From: the human T2T-CHM13v2.0 reference genome, Homo sapiens
Assembly (NCBI GenBank): GCA_009914755.4
Contig: CP068257.2
Coordinates: 31,072,001 to 31,136,000, forward strand
Direction: 5' to 3'
Length of the DNA stretch: 64,000 bases
In this document: in pieces, positions 18,680-33,924 of the stretch
Layout of the letters: each line of letters begins with the position of its first letter
Numbering within the stretch: the stretch's first letter is position 1
The notes under the pieces: model-generated
Databases searched by the model: none
What the model was told of the DNA's origin: nothing
What the model saw: only the letters and a program-made list of their open reading frames with translations
Translations under genes and position numbers: made by a program

Positions 18680-19856
18680 TTAAAGTGTGAAGATTTTAAG
18701 TGAACACTGTACAGCACAATACAAACCTTGGTATCACTCCAAAATGAAGGCCAAATTAATTTTAAAAGTTAAGAAGGTTTGTTAGCTCTTAAATATTAAT
18801 ATGTTAAGTATTACTGTAAAGCTTATAGTAGGAAAGATAATGACATTCCAAGAGATTAGACATCCATTTATGTTAGCTTTACAGAAAGAGTCAATATTCC
18901 AACATTTTTTTTCTGAATTGCTCACATAGTCTAAATCTAATGAAAATAGAATAGCTTAGACAATATTTTAATATTCTTTCTCCTTAGAATGCACATTAAT
19001 GCCAAAATAAATGTTTTAGGGCCTTTTGGTAAAAACAAACCATTATTTGGCATAAAAGACGGCTGCTGGAGGTTTTGGAAATATTATTATTCTTAGGTTT
19101 CCTAACCTTGGAGTAAAGTGTAGCAATAATTCTAAAAACTATAAGTAATACACAGTTTGTAGCTGAACATTTGACTTGCTATTATGAGTAATCATAATTA
19201 AAGAAACATTTAGAATTTATACAAGATTAGTAAGTCAGGTAACGTCACCAAAAAACACAAGCAGCTGAAAAATGCTTCCCATACAAAAACAAACATTCGC
19301 CCCACCCAACCCCCACAATATTTTAATTCAGAATTCATCAGTATAAGAATTCCACTTGTAGTAAAAAATATATGCAATGGAAATTAATACTGTACCAAGG
19401 TATAGTTTAAATACAAAAAACAACTTGAAGCAATTAAGTCCATACTGATTGAGTATAGCCAATATTATTTATACTTATTTCTTGGAAGACCTAGAGCCCC
19501 TTCTCCTTCATTCAAAAAATATATGTACCAAATATATATTTCTTATATACTGTTCTTTGCTTAAGACTTTTCATTATGTCACTATCTTTTTCCCCATCAA
19601 GATGCAATTATACTATTTAGTCAAGTTAACACTTTAACTGACATTAATATTCTACATGCAAAGAGTGAGGTCTTATGCTCTTCATTTATTGAAGCTGGAG
19701 AAAGCTTAGTAGTTTAAGATATTTAAGGGCTTATATTTGTAAGTATGCCTTTCAAACACTATTTTTAATTTATAAAGATATAATCAGTAACTAAACTAAT
19801 CCCAACACTAGGATTATTTGCCTAAATCATATATATGTGTATATATAATCATATAC

Positions 19857-20157
19857 TTTTTTTTCTTTTTAATTTTTGAAACAGGGTCTCACTGTGTTGC
19901 CCAAGCTGGAGCGCAGTGGCGAGATCAAGGCTCACTGCAGTCTCGACCTTCCAGACTCAATCAATCCGCCCACCTCAGCCTCCCAAGTAGCGGGGACTAA
20001 AGGGCACACGACGGAGCCGAACTACTTTTTGTATTTTTTGTACAGAAAGGGTTTCACCACGCTGCCCAGACTGGTCTCAAACTCCCCGCCTCAAGCGATC
20101 AGCCCCCCTTGGCCTCCCAAAGTGCTGGGACTACAGGCGTGAGCCCCCACACCTGGC
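19857..20157 (-). mobile_element. Alu SINE (older, AluJ-like)
   Basis: T-rich head, AAACAGGGTCTCACTGTGTTGCCCAAGCTGGAGCGCAGTGG...GGGACTACAGGCGTGAGCCCCCACACCTGGC. Confidence 0.9.
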
Positions 20158-20790
20158 ATATCTTACATTAAGAAAGACCCAGTATCCAAATTAATTTTAA
20201 TTTCATCCATCTGCCCCTAAAATAACTCAAACATTACTAATCTATTTTTCTTGTGGTACAATAGTCCTTTTCTTTAAATTAGACTATCAAAATACTTTTA
20301 AAAATAATACAAAATCAATCATGTATCTCACATGAAAATCTAGAGGTTGTTTACAATTCCCTTAATGAAAACACAACGGCCATAACAGAAATACTCCAAC
20401 AATATTGGATAATATTAGATAATACCTACTACTATAACTGACCTACCAGTAAATATGTCAAGCAAGACACTGTATGGGTTTATGTGATACATGATACAAA
20501 CTGAAACAATATTTCTTTGGAAAAAACATTTACTTTTAGAAGCAGCAGCAGAACCCAAGAAAGCAAAATCCTGCAACCAAAACCTGCATCTCCCTGCACC
20601 CCCTCAACAAAAACCTGTTAACAAAAAGTTTGCAGGAAAATAAGTTTGATTAAAAGGAAATACAAGCATAATCTGCTAGAGGAAATACAGTGAAAGGGTT
20701 GTCGGGCTCTTTTCTAAAAAATGGTTGCATCTGAATTGTTTCAAATCAAAACAGAGACCATGACAAATTGGGCTCTAACAGATGACTTAC

Positions 20791-20914
20791 AGAGCACAGC
20801 GACAGCCCCAGACTCGAACATGAGACATTCTTCCTTATGCCTAGTTTCCACTATGAGGCTGAAAGGTGGGGGATCCAATTTGTGATAGATCCGGAATCCT
20901 TTACTGAACGCCAT
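20791..20914 (-). CDS. SYNJ1: first coding exon of synaptojanin-1. ATG at 20914-20912, encodes [41 protein letters not shown], ends in phase 1 at a GTAAGT donor (20790-20785). Candidate acceptor AG at 20937-20936, so the exon probably spans 20791-20935 including 21 nt of 5'UTR
   Basis: translation from the ORF track (20741..20953, minus) matches the N-terminus of synaptojanin-1 (start of the Sac1 domain). Kozak context aggagaATGG. Consensus 5' splice site directly after ...GTGCTCT. Pyrimidine-rich tract tttgctttgctttgcttggttttcgcag|G upstream of the ATG. Adjacent to PAXBP1 as on chr21q22.11. Confidence 0.8.
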
Positions 20915-21229
20915 TCTCCTTTCTTCGGAGGCAGCCCTGCGAAAACCAAGCAAAGCAAAGCAAATGAAGCTGATGTTTCCTTCTGCAGCAAGGACTGCAA
21001 AGCATCCAAAAGTCCCTCCCCGCCAGGTTTTGATGGGGGGTTGGGGTGGGAAAAAACAGACAGCTCTGGGAGAAAATGGCTTTTTCCAAAAGATAAGTCG
21101 TCACTTAATTTTACCAAAAAGCAAGAGGAAAAGCTATCAATTCTCATACCAAGGCAAGACAAGGTTTTAGCACTGTAAGTCAATCAACGGTCTGGTTGAG
21201 TTTCCCGTTTAATTTATGCTTACTGAAAG

Positions 21230-22520
<1,291 letters not shown>

Positions 22521-23246
22521 GTCTGGATAGGTAGCAGAAGAAAAACTAATGCCTGCTCTGGGACAGTTCTGTTCGGTGCCTTTTCTTGTGTGTTCTGGAG
22601 CTCACAGGGTTCTATCGAAGAGTGCTTAGGTGTATACGATGGAGAGTGGGACGTCACAAACCAGGATCTCAAGGCTGAGTCCAACAAAACATGGCCGTAG
22701 GGAGGCCACGACAGCTGTGGTTGTCACCGACGGATGAATAGCTTTTGCCAACCGTGGAATTTAGTAACTAAAGGCACCTAACCCTTTTATCTCATCCTCA
22801 TTTTTCAACAAATGGTGCTTCCTGGCTAATATCAGCGTGTCCCATAGATTTCTGCTTCCATTGAATAGACCTAATAAGAAAGAGAATGAAGTCAAAGCCA
22901 ACAGGGCAGAAAGAAATTGAAAACCTGAAGAACCCAGCACTCAAACTGTCTCCACTTGCGTTTGCTTTTTCTTTACCTCTTCTCCTTCTGGTTTTCAACA
23001 GCCAAAGCAGGATTTAAATTTGGTTATGTTGCAAAAATCATTTCCCTCTTCAGGCCCTGTCATGTGACTTGATTTTTTCGTCCATTTTAGAGAAGCTGTA
23101 CCCACCCTGGTTTCAGGACACGGAACTAAATTTATTAGAAAAGAAGCCACTTCAAGTCATGAAGGAGAAACACAAAGATTCTTGGATTTAGTTCTAAGAA
23201 CTAGAGGGGATTTCTATGTCAGTACTGTCTCAGAAAAAACTGTTGA

Positions 23247-23565
<319 letters not shown>

Positions 23566-24391
23566 GAGAGGTACCTTTTATGACAACTGAAATCATTCAG
23601 TTTCAAGAGGAGTTGGGTACTGAAACCAAACTTGCTTACTCCAAAGCCCAAAATCCTTTCCACCATGCCTGTGTGTCTGTAAGGCTACACTAGAAATGCT
23701 TCCTTTCTTATAGTGGGAAGCATGGGTACTAAGCTCTTTTACGAACAAGTGTTCTGCATATTCCTGGTTCCTTTTTATTTTGGACTGAGGAGATTTAGGT
23801 CAAAATTTCTGGGTTCTGGGTTGGAATTCCAGCTTCTTTCTTCAAATTAAACTGGGGGGTAGCAAGACTTATTCCTAGATTTGTTAGAAGGCCACAGCTT
23901 TTCCACATCTCATTTTAGTCATGAAAAAGACACATGCCCAGAGTTTGAAAAACATAAAGGCAATTTGACTAGTGGCTTGATTGGTTCTATCTTCTTTTTC
24001 TTGTCCCTCTTTCCTATTTATACTTCTACTTTTGTTACAGCATTTGACAATAGTTGGAAAAATTTTCACTGACCTTGAAATGTCTTTGGGATAGGGTGAC
24101 TTAAAATATAGGTTAAGTGGCATACACAAACTTCTTAGTGAGATCCTAAGGGCCTACAGAGACAGGCTGACACCAACTCAACCCTTGAAACTGTGCAATG
24201 AAGAGCCTGTGGGAGGCTAAAAAACGCTACTTCAAAAAGAGATCCTTGTCTGTGAATGTTAATTTAGGTTTACAGATTTGATTAAGGGTCTTGAGATTAT
24301 TTTCAATTATCCAGGTGGGCCCTAGAGCCCTAGATGCAATCACAAGTGTCCTTATAACAGGGAGGCAGAGGAAAATTAAACACGCACACAG

Positions 24392-24408
24392 GAGAGAGAG
24401 AGAGAGAA
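24392..24408. repeat. (GA)n microsatellite followed by poly-A
   Basis: gagagagagagagagaaaaaaaa. Confidence 0.9.
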
Positions 24409-27400
24409 AAAAAAGTGATGTGAAGACAGCAGCAGAGATTGGAGCGATGTGGCCATAGCCAAGCTATGTCAGCAGCCATCAGAAGTTGGAAGAGGCAAGG
24501 AAGGATTTGAGCCTAGAGCCTTTGGAAGGAGCATGGCCCTGTTGGTTCTGGCCTCCAGAACTGCAAGAAAATACATTTTTGTTGTTTTAAACCACCCAGT
24601 TCATGGTAATTTGTAACACCAGCTACAAGAAATTAACACAAGGCTGATGTGACTTTCCATCAGGAGAGAGACAGCCCCAGGTAGGTGTTTCAGATATCAC
24701 ATCCAATAGAACAAATTAAAGACAAACACCCTAAATTCTAGATGTTGATTTGTGAGCAAGTTATTTCTCCTATGGGCAACTCTAGTTGAAATATGCAATT
24801 CATTATGTTGAAACATGGAATTGTTATTTTCATAGGTTAAAAAAAAATCACATAGTGGCAATATAGTAGTAGTGCTCGTTTTTTGTTTTTTGTTTTTTTG
24901 TCAAAAATGCTAGACAACATGGAAGATCAGGGAAATATTAACAGTCTGATTCAGTAACCTTTAACAGCTTCTTTTCAGGTTACACAGGCTAAGCTAACTT
25001 TTATATCAGGATCAGGATCTGCAGAGTTATTAGTATAGTGCTCTGCAGATCCTGGTCCTAGTATAGCAGGATCTGCAGACCCTAGTTGTACCTGGCCATG
25101 TTCCCCACCAATGACTGAGAAAGAAATGGCTCGAACAGAAAACAGTGGTCTTGAAAGGCAACGCAACAGTAGGTTACAAATAGCATTAGCTTTTTCTTTA
25201 AAGAAATTCATTGTAACCAGTGAAGGATAAGATTTTAAATTAGAAAAATGGAAATCCTATGAATAAAAAACTAGTAAGCTTGAGAGCAGAATCACTGTGG
25301 AAAAAAAACAGATTGAAAAATAACTTGCAGGTATCATAGACAGGAAATTGCCACTAGAGAAAACAGGAAACTTGTGATAGATAAAAATGAAGTATTTTCA
25401 TTTGGAACAAGAGACCAACTGAAGAGAGATCAAGTGAAGGGGGTTTATTTTAATGAAACACAAAGATTCTTGTGGAAATCAAAGTGCCGGAGCCAGAAAC
25501 AGGGCTCAGCCTTCAAGATTAGAGCTGTATTCAAGTTGTTCAAGTTGGCTCTCGGTCCCAAAGCAACAGCAATGTCACTAAGGTTACAAGTAAAAGGTAA
25601 GCTTTCATGATCAAAATGTTTTTGCAAAGTAGCTTAAAATGGTTTCTGCAGTGTTTTGTCAAAACTTTTCTCATACATTTTCCTAAAGATATTTAGCAAG
25701 AGCCTAAGAAGTCATGTGCTAGGGATTTTCATTGTACTGAATGATTGTATCCTTTAAGCCGCTGCTGGAGTTAGGACTGACAGGAACGCAGTACAAATTA
25801 CTGGGGGCTAGAGTCCCAAAGCAGGCCAGGGACCAGTCTACATTGCATGTCGATACCAATCCCATATAACAATATTCAGCCTGTGTTTGGGCAGTCTGAG
25901 GCAGCTTTTAGCAGCTGTGAACCCAGTATCCATGGACAGTTTCATTTCTGGAGGGCAGTCTTCAAAACGTTTATGAAAGTACACCTCCCATTCAGATATG
26001 TTTTTTTCTTCCTACATGTAGTGCTAGTGTTTTTCTCATTTTCATTTACTTGAAACAACAGATCAAATGTTTTGTCATAATCAGTGAATGGCAAGACTCC
26101 CTTTATTACATGGGTATTACCATGTTAGAGATAAGAAGAGCTCTTGTAACCATTAACAACCACTACAATGTAGCAACTTACAGTTTCCTATTTTATATTG
26201 CAGCTCTGTAACATTTGACCACTTTTGTAAGAGTTTCATGATTTCAAGGATGATTATTAGCATTTTCAATTTTTTGGCCAATTCTGGGTGCTGGTAATGT
26301 TACCACTGCAGGCAACTATGGCTCTACTCAACTGAAGACCTCTTATAGGCAATGTGGACCATACCTGCTTTCCTGAGAGATCAGCAAATTGGGTTTGGTC
26401 ATCAGGAAATTCTGTCTCTCAGATCTCATACTAGCAAGGAGACCCCTGGTTGTACCTGTCAGAGCTGCCAGTTGGCCCTGCTGAAACTTTAGAACTGCAC
26501 CAATGTCTAAGACTTTCATCCTCCTTCCTTCACACAGGTGAGACCTGCCTGCCTCATTGTCTGACAGCTTTCCCAGCCTCCTCCAGGCTCCCCTCCGTTT
26601 TCTCTTATACGCATTCCCCCAATAAACTTCCTGTACATTTAATACCATCTCAGTGTCTGCTCCCAGGAGGACCCTAACTGACACACTGGGGCATTTAGCC
26701 TCCAATTCCTTTTCTCCCTTGGCTGAGATCTGTTCCAGGAAGTATCTCCAGGACACTCCAGCCTGTTGCACAGGCCAAAGAAAAGCCCTCAGGCAGAGGA
26801 GCAAATACTTGCAAGAGGACACCAGTGGCAAGAACAGGGACATGGTGAGACTTCGACATCATTGGCTACAGTAGTACTAGTCACTCTTGACTGTGGTTTA
26901 TGTTGTTTCAATAAAGTAGCTTTCCTTCTCAAAAACATTTGTCACCTATTTTGGAGTTAATTCAGAGGATTGCTCCAAAAGAAAAAACTGAAAAGCAAAA
27001 CCAGCTTTATTAAAATGTAACCCTCTGGATTTATCTTTTGATAATTCCTTTCATAAGAAATAATGTCCTTAAGCTATTTCAGGAATAAAAATGTTCTGCT
27101 TGGGATAGAAAAACCATTGTTTTATGTACCCTACATCAAATTCCTAGTGTGATGTTCAAACCCATTCCTGAAACCAATATAGCCTGACAGATTTCATAGG
27201 ATAAAAACTCTATTTTAAGAGTTCTTAAAAGCAGAGTAATTAGTCTAATGGGTTTGGAAATAATATGCAGTTTAAGGCCTAAATGATCTGTATGTGATAC
27301 AGATACATGTTTTATGTTTTATTCTACTTAAGATGAGGAATAGGTGTTCTGACTTTAATTCTACTTAGTAGGCCAGTAAGGTGTAATGAAAAATTCATCC

Positions 27401-27412
27401 AGAATGAATACT

Positions 27413-27757
27413 GATTTGGTTTGGTTCTGTGTCCCCACCCAAATCTCACCTTGAATTGTAATAATCCCCACATCAAGGGCGGGACCAGGTGGAGATAACT
27501 GAATCATGGGGGGTGGTTTCCGCCATGCTGTTCTCCTGAGTTCTCATGAAATCTCATGGCTTCATAAGGGACTTCCCCCTTCCCTCAGCACTCATTTCTC
27601 TCTGCAGCCACCCTGTGAAGACGTGCCTTTCGTCAAGATTGTAAGTTTCCTGAGGCCTTCCCACCCATGCGGAACTGTGAGTCAATTAAACCTCTTTATA
27701 AATTACCTAGTCTCAAGTATGTCCCTATAACAGCGTGAGAATGAACTAATACAAATA
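27413..27757 (+). mobile_element. solo MaLR LTR (THE1/MST-type)
   Basis: TTTGGTTCTGTGTCCCCACCCAAATCTCACCTTGAATTGTAATAATCCCCACATCAAGGGCGGGACCAGGTGGAGATAACTGAATCATGGGG...CTGTGAGTCAATTAAACCTCTTTATAAATTACCTAGTCTCAAGTATGTCCCTATAACAGCGTGAGAATGAACTAATACAAAT. This matches the well-known THE1/MST LTR consensus (TGATATGGTTTGGCTGTGTCCCCACCCAAATCTCATCTTGAATTGTAGCTCCCATAATTCCCACGTGTTGTGG...). Confidence 0.85.
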
Positions 27758-27841
27758 TGTAGGGATAAGATAAAATTAACAGAGCAAATACAGTGCATGA
27801 CACTGTTCTGCATATTATGTCCTGATCAAGGGTACACATGG

Positions 27842-28968
27842 GCCTGCTCACAGTCCCACTTTATTAGAGTCATTTGAAATGCTGCAAATTTAGTCGTCAG
27901 GAAAATACAACAAAGGATATATTTAAAAATTAATTTAATGCTTGGCTAAATCTTAATTACATATATAATTATCAAACGATAGTCCTTAATTTCCAAAAAA
28001 ATTCCTCTTTTGAAAATCACAGAATCAGAAAGCATAAACTTTAAAACAAGTTCTCTGAATATTTACAATGTGGTATAAACATTATAGAAGACCATGGATA
28101 TTAAATTGCCTGGGTGTGGCTAATCAGCAAGGCGTATTCTTTATTGCATATTTAACTCACATATGTGGGATTTTAAATATGACAGACTACTAAAATTCAA
28201 ATGCATGTATCTGCAAGCTGGGCAGGGAGTAAAATCATGAATGAGACAGGACGGTCAGCCCAAAACCATGCAATTAGGTTGTGGGTTTATTATTTTCAAA
28301 AGTGAAATTTCTATGTTCCATTTGAAACTATGTTGCATATTCATTTAGCATTCACATTAAACCCACATTTGACTCTAACGCTGATTCAAGGAAGAAAGTT
28401 CAACATTCACTCAATGACTAAGTCCACAACTCAACTCTCAATGTTAAGGCAGCACAGCTACAGTGATAGCAACGCTAACCAAAAGGTAATGAACATTTAG
28501 TCACTTGCCAGCCCTTTTGTTACAACAGTGTAGTAATTTCCCTAAGACAATTTGCTACCGGATAATTTTCTGCTGTTAAAAGGCTTCCTCTGTGGAAAAA
28601 CACCACAAATTTCCAGTGTGAAAGTAAGTCCATGGTGGTATAAATATATATATGCATAATTACACAATTTACACTGCACACATCGTTTACAGGGGACAAT
28701 TAACTGAGAGGGTTAATTTAAATGACCATACAAAATACTTCAGTAAACAAAGTATGACAGGCAGTAAAGAAAACATTCATAGACTCCTAGAAATAATCTG
28801 AATTCCTTTCATTCTGAAGAAATATCATTTAAGGACACAGTATTGAATATAATGTTTTTTGTATTAAAACAAGAATTGCTATTTTACAGTTTAAGAAACT
28901 TTACATATATACAAAATTTACACATTGGGAATGGTAATCAAGCAAATAGGTTTTTCAGTCTCATAGAT
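27842..28968 (-). other. PAXBP1: PAXBP1 3' UTR (inferred extent)
   Basis: continues from the TAG stop at 28969-28971. Candidate minus-strand AATAAA signals at 28145-28140 (proximal) and 27865-27860 (distal). The distal signal is consistent with the roughly 5.9 kb PAXBP1-SYNJ1 spacing, which I recall only approximately. Confidence 0.45.
27860..27865 (-). terminator. PAXBP1: candidate polyadenylation signal (AATAAA on the minus strand) for the PAXBP1 distal 3' end
   Basis: plus-strand 'tttatt' at 27860-27865 downstream of the PAXBP1 stop. Eukaryotic pol II poly(A) signal, not a prokaryotic terminator. Confidence 0.35.
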
Positions 28969-29086
28969 CTATTTTCCTTCGATCAAAGACTTAAATTCTT
29001 TCACATTGTGGTCACTTGCAACAGACATAGCATGATCCAAAGCTCGAACACTTGCAAGGAGTTTTACTATCTGTTTTATGTTTTCC
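28969..29086 (-). CDS. PAXBP1: PAXBP1 terminal coding exon: (R)ENIKQIVKLLASVRALDHAMSVASDHNVKEFKSLIEGK*
   Basis: acceptor ttttag|GGAAAAC (AG at 29088-29087), phase-2 join with the upstream exon (AG+G=Arg). Stop TAG at 28971-28969. Confidence 0.85.
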
Positions 29087-30055
29087 CTAAAAGAAAAAAA
29101 TATAGCAGCATCTCATTAATTAGTATATCTAAGAGAAAATTTGCTACTGATTTCATGGCTATTTTAGAGCTTCTGCAATCAATTTTTCCAAGCACACATT
29201 TTCAAAGAAAGGAAACAGATATGCAAGCTACAGCATGTTAAAAAAAAAAAAGTTTACATTTATCCATATAGAACAAAACTTACATATGTTTAAATGACTA
29301 GCCCAGAGACAGGGGACCCATTTTAAAAAAGCAAAACAAAATTCATTGAGATCAATGAGTTTCATTAATATTGAGAAAGAAAAGAAAGCAATCTGTTTTC
29401 AAACTACTTCAGAGGCCTGTCTCCCATTCCTTCCCAAACCAGAGTCCTGGCTGTTTTAGCGTATACCTGGAACACAAATCGTTATTTGTGTCTCTTCATC
29501 ACCAATCTGTCAAGATCCAGCATAATTTCCACTCCACCAAAATTCACTAAATAAAGTATAATCTGACTTTCCTTATCACTCCAGCTAGAAGTCATTCTGC
29601 TTTCTTACTAGGAAGTAATCCTCAAATTTTAGCACACATTAGAATTACCTAGAGGATTGTTGAAATGCAGATCATCCCTGGCCCCACCCCAAGAGTTCTA
29701 TTCAAGAGGCCCAGAGTGGGGCCCCGAGAACTTGCAAGTCTATCAGACTCCCATGCCATGCTGATACTGCTGGTCCAGGGACCACACTTTAAGAATGACT
29801 GTTTTAACATTTAGCTTAAACCACTCACGAGAAACAAGACATAATATGACATTAGTAATTGTCTCATCTCTTCTACAGAATTGTAGTAAGCACCTATTAG
29901 GGAAGAATTAGAATTTGCAAAACTTTCCAACCCACATGAAACCTGCTTTATGTGCACTGCACAAAGCAGGTGCTTACATAGCTGTTAAAGTTCTTTTCTG
30001 TAGAAAAGTAAACACTATTTGTTGATATTTAACTTCCAAACAGAAACACTGTTAA

Positions 30056-30505
<450 letters not shown>

Positions 30506-31272
30506 TAAAATCTTTAATAGCTACTTTAATTTTATTGTGGAAAAAATATCCAATTTTCTTGCAGGAAAATAGGTCCTTTTTCAAGAAAGGGGAATGAGGG
30601 ATCAGAAGAAGGTTTTGTTATAGGGGTATGACTAATGGTGTGATCTAAACAAAAATTAGACTTTGACATTATGAAGATATATGAAATTAAAATTTTAAAA
30701 AGACAATTCCTTCAAACTGCCCTACTTAGTGTTATTATTTACTTTTTATGCTAGAGATTTATCCCAGAATTACCTGAACACCCATAAATTAATGTCCACA
30801 GAAAGGCTAATGGTTCACTCACTCTTTTCTTACAACCCTTGATAAAAATTAGAAATAAGTTGCCCCAAAAAGCCATGAGTGATAACCTCTAGTTCATAAT
30901 ATTGATTAAAACAAAAAATCTCCCCAAATTGGGAGATAAACTTGAATTTAAATCTGCATAATGAAACTCCAAACAAGAGAGTCTGAGACCTCTCTAATTC
31001 TTCAAAGAGGGAGACAGAGAAAACAACCGTTTACTCACTCCCCTGAGGGTTGGTCCTTACCAGAAGTCTTTCCTTAGTATCTTCATAAATAACATACTGA
31101 AAAAAAGTAAAAACTGCTAAAATGAAAAATTATGTGCATTTTTGGTAGGTTTATAATACTAAGTGAACATACAATTTAAACTAAAATATAAACATCTCTA
31201 CTTAAAACATTTTAATACTAAATCTGGCAACTAAACAACTCTAGATTACCATTTCATTAATTACAAAATTAC

Positions 31273-31427
31273 CTTGCATTTCTTTTTTCCACATCAGAAC
31301 ACCCGATACTATTTCTATAAATTGTATCCGCTAAGTGTACAAGGTATCGGCAAAAGTTTTCTAACTGAGAAATAGTCCTTTCTCCTTTCAGATTCATGAA
31401 CCATTGTTTGGGGAAACAATTGATTAC
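31273..31427 (-). CDS. PAXBP1: PAXBP1 coding exon: VINCFPKQWFMNLKGERTISQLENFCRYLVHLADTIYRNSIGCSDVEKRNA(R)
   Basis: acceptor ctccacag|GTAATC (AG 31429-31428), donor CAAG|GTAATT (GT 31272-31271). Phase-consistent with both neighbouring exons. Confidence 0.85.
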
Positions 31428-32191
31428 CTGTGGAGAAGAAAGACGTAAAATAAAATAGTTAAGACAGAATAAATTAAAGTATTAAAAGCAAAGTCTAGTT
31501 AATGGGTATAAATGTATTTCACCAGAAGACGTGCTTCTGAGCTACAGCAATTACTCTGAAGAAATATTCTTTTAAATCTGACTTCCTACATTAACTAAAC
31601 CAATATACCTAAATTTTTACCCCAACCAATGGGTTAGGCACTCAAAGCAAAAGATAATCTGTCCAATATTTGAGTAAATTAGTAACATAAAACTGACAAC
31701 CAACTGCTTCATTTTCCAGTCTTCTAGGATGGCCTAAATATACTGAATTTCCTTTTCCAGCAGCTTTTGATGTAAAAATGAGTGGTATAAAAATGAAATT
31801 ACAGCACCCCCATCCCCTGCAATAATTCCACGAATAGACATCCATGCATGCTGCTAAGGGAAGTCGAGTTGGCCCAGACTGAGGTTAAGATAATAAGGTT
31901 ATTATTCTGAAATCAAAACTTTTATTTATACCTATAAAAATATCAAAACTTTCACTAATATCTATAAAAATATGGATATAGATGGATATATATATATATA
32001 ACAGTATGCATTTTTATGTAAAAAATGCTGTAGGGGGTTGGAACTACCTGGGTAGGCAAACTGTCAACCTTACATGCAAGTCCAGTAATCAAAGGGGTTT
32101 CATAAAATTCTCAAATCCCTCTTCAAACAAACAAAAACTTAATTCATTTTAAATTATATGCTTTAAAAACTGTACTATGCATTTAACTCAC

Positions 32192-32338
32192 ATTTTGGGC
32201 TTTTTTGATGCTGTCATCTCCATATTCTGAATTCTGAAAAGCCATGAGAATATATCGATTTAATAAACCATCTATTGATAACTCTTGCAGAGTTTTATTT
32301 GAGAAAATGCCATACCACTGAAGAAAATTGCCTAACAG
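32192..32338 (-). CDS. PAXBP1: PAXBP1 coding exon: LLGNFLQWYGIFSNKTLQELSIDGLLNRYILMAFQNSEYGDDSIKKAQN
   Basis: ORF track 32183..32374 (minus). Acceptor ttccag|CTG (AG 32340-32339), donor AAT|GTGAGT (GT 32191-32190). 49 codons, phase 0. Confidence 0.9.
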
Positions 32339-32432
32339 CTGGAAAGAAGAAAAAAAATAGGTAATGTGAAACAATTAGATTAGGTACAAAGTAAATAAGT
32401 TACATAGTAAAACACCATATGAAATACAGCAG

Positions 32433-32741
<309 letters not shown>

Positions 32742-33924
32742 TTAATACTTTCAAAGGTACAGATATTTCCTAGAATGGTTACATTTGAATATTCAATTTT
32801 AATTAGTCAAAATCGAAACAGCCACATGTAGCTAGTGGCTACAGCACTGGTCAGCACAGATACAGAACATTTTCCATCATTGCAGACAGTACTATCAGGG
32901 AGTGCTGAGTCTTAGGTAAGTGTCCTCCATTCAAAATTACACTCTAGCTGGTTCTATGCACACCCCCACCCCGCCCCGCGCTGCCCACAAAAGATGGGAG
33001 AGTCTGACTACAACCCTGCATGGCTACCATGTATCATGAACTACAACCAAGTTATATCACTTATGCATCTCAAGCTACCCAAGCTCAATCAATATATAGA
33101 AAATGAAAGCTATCATCATAAAATGAAAGCCCCATCCCATCCCACCATAAAAACTTATAGTTTCCCAGTTGTTTCTCAACTTAGTAAATGGTAACACTAT
33201 TCAACCAGCTGCTTGCGCCAGAGGTCTGGAGGTCATTCCTGACCTCTCTCTCAAGTTGTGTGTCTCCACGACCATCCAGTCTGTCCATTTCCCTCAGTTC
33301 CTGCTGCCATCCTCCGAATCTGACCCACCTTAATCTCTTCAGAACCCTGCAGTTACTCCAGTGATTATGAGCAAGAGCACTGAGTAGCCTTTCTGAAGCA
33401 GGGCTCTGCAAGAGTTCTAAACCTACAGAAAATGATTTGTGTGGCTCTTTACTCAGTTCTCCCAAGAATGATACATAGCTAGTACTGTTACAGATGCAGG
33501 GGAAAAAGAAGAATTCATTATAGACAATGGAGGCCTTAGGGCATTAGGTATTAAGTCTCCCACAGAAGCCCAGTTAAGAAGAGCAGCTCAAGAGTCAGAC
33601 TGGCTGAGTTTGATTCCCATCTCTAATTACCAATGGAATGACCTTGTGCAGGTTATTGTGTGCCTCACTACCCCATCAGTAAAGTGAAAAAACAGCGTGT
33701 ACCTCATTGAGCCATTCTGAGGATTCAACAAGATAATCTATGTAAAAGGTGCGGGACAGTGCTTGGTACATAGTAAACACACAGTAAGTACTAGTTCCCA
33801 TAAAATACACAATAAATACCAGTTCCCATTTTCACTATCACTATCCATACCTACTTCAATCTATTATCTCCACATAGCAGACAGAGTAATCTTAAAAATG
33901 GTAATTTATAGACCTGTGGTTACG

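Noticed and set aside
21170-21182. GTAAGT hexamer (plus strand) whose reverse complement is an ACTTAC|AG acceptor on the minus strand
   Set aside because: It is ambiguous: it could be a plus-strand donor of a divergent transcript or a weak minus-strand acceptor for SYNJ1. The acceptor at 20936 has a far better polypyrimidine tract, so I did not call this one as a feature.
26343-26843. 166-aa minus-strand ORF in the intergenic interval
   Set aside because: No recognisable domain or codon-usage signal. It overlaps a segment that looks LTR-like and non-coding, with a plus-strand CAATAAA at about 26921. It is more likely part of a non-coding region or a plus-strand lncRNA exon.
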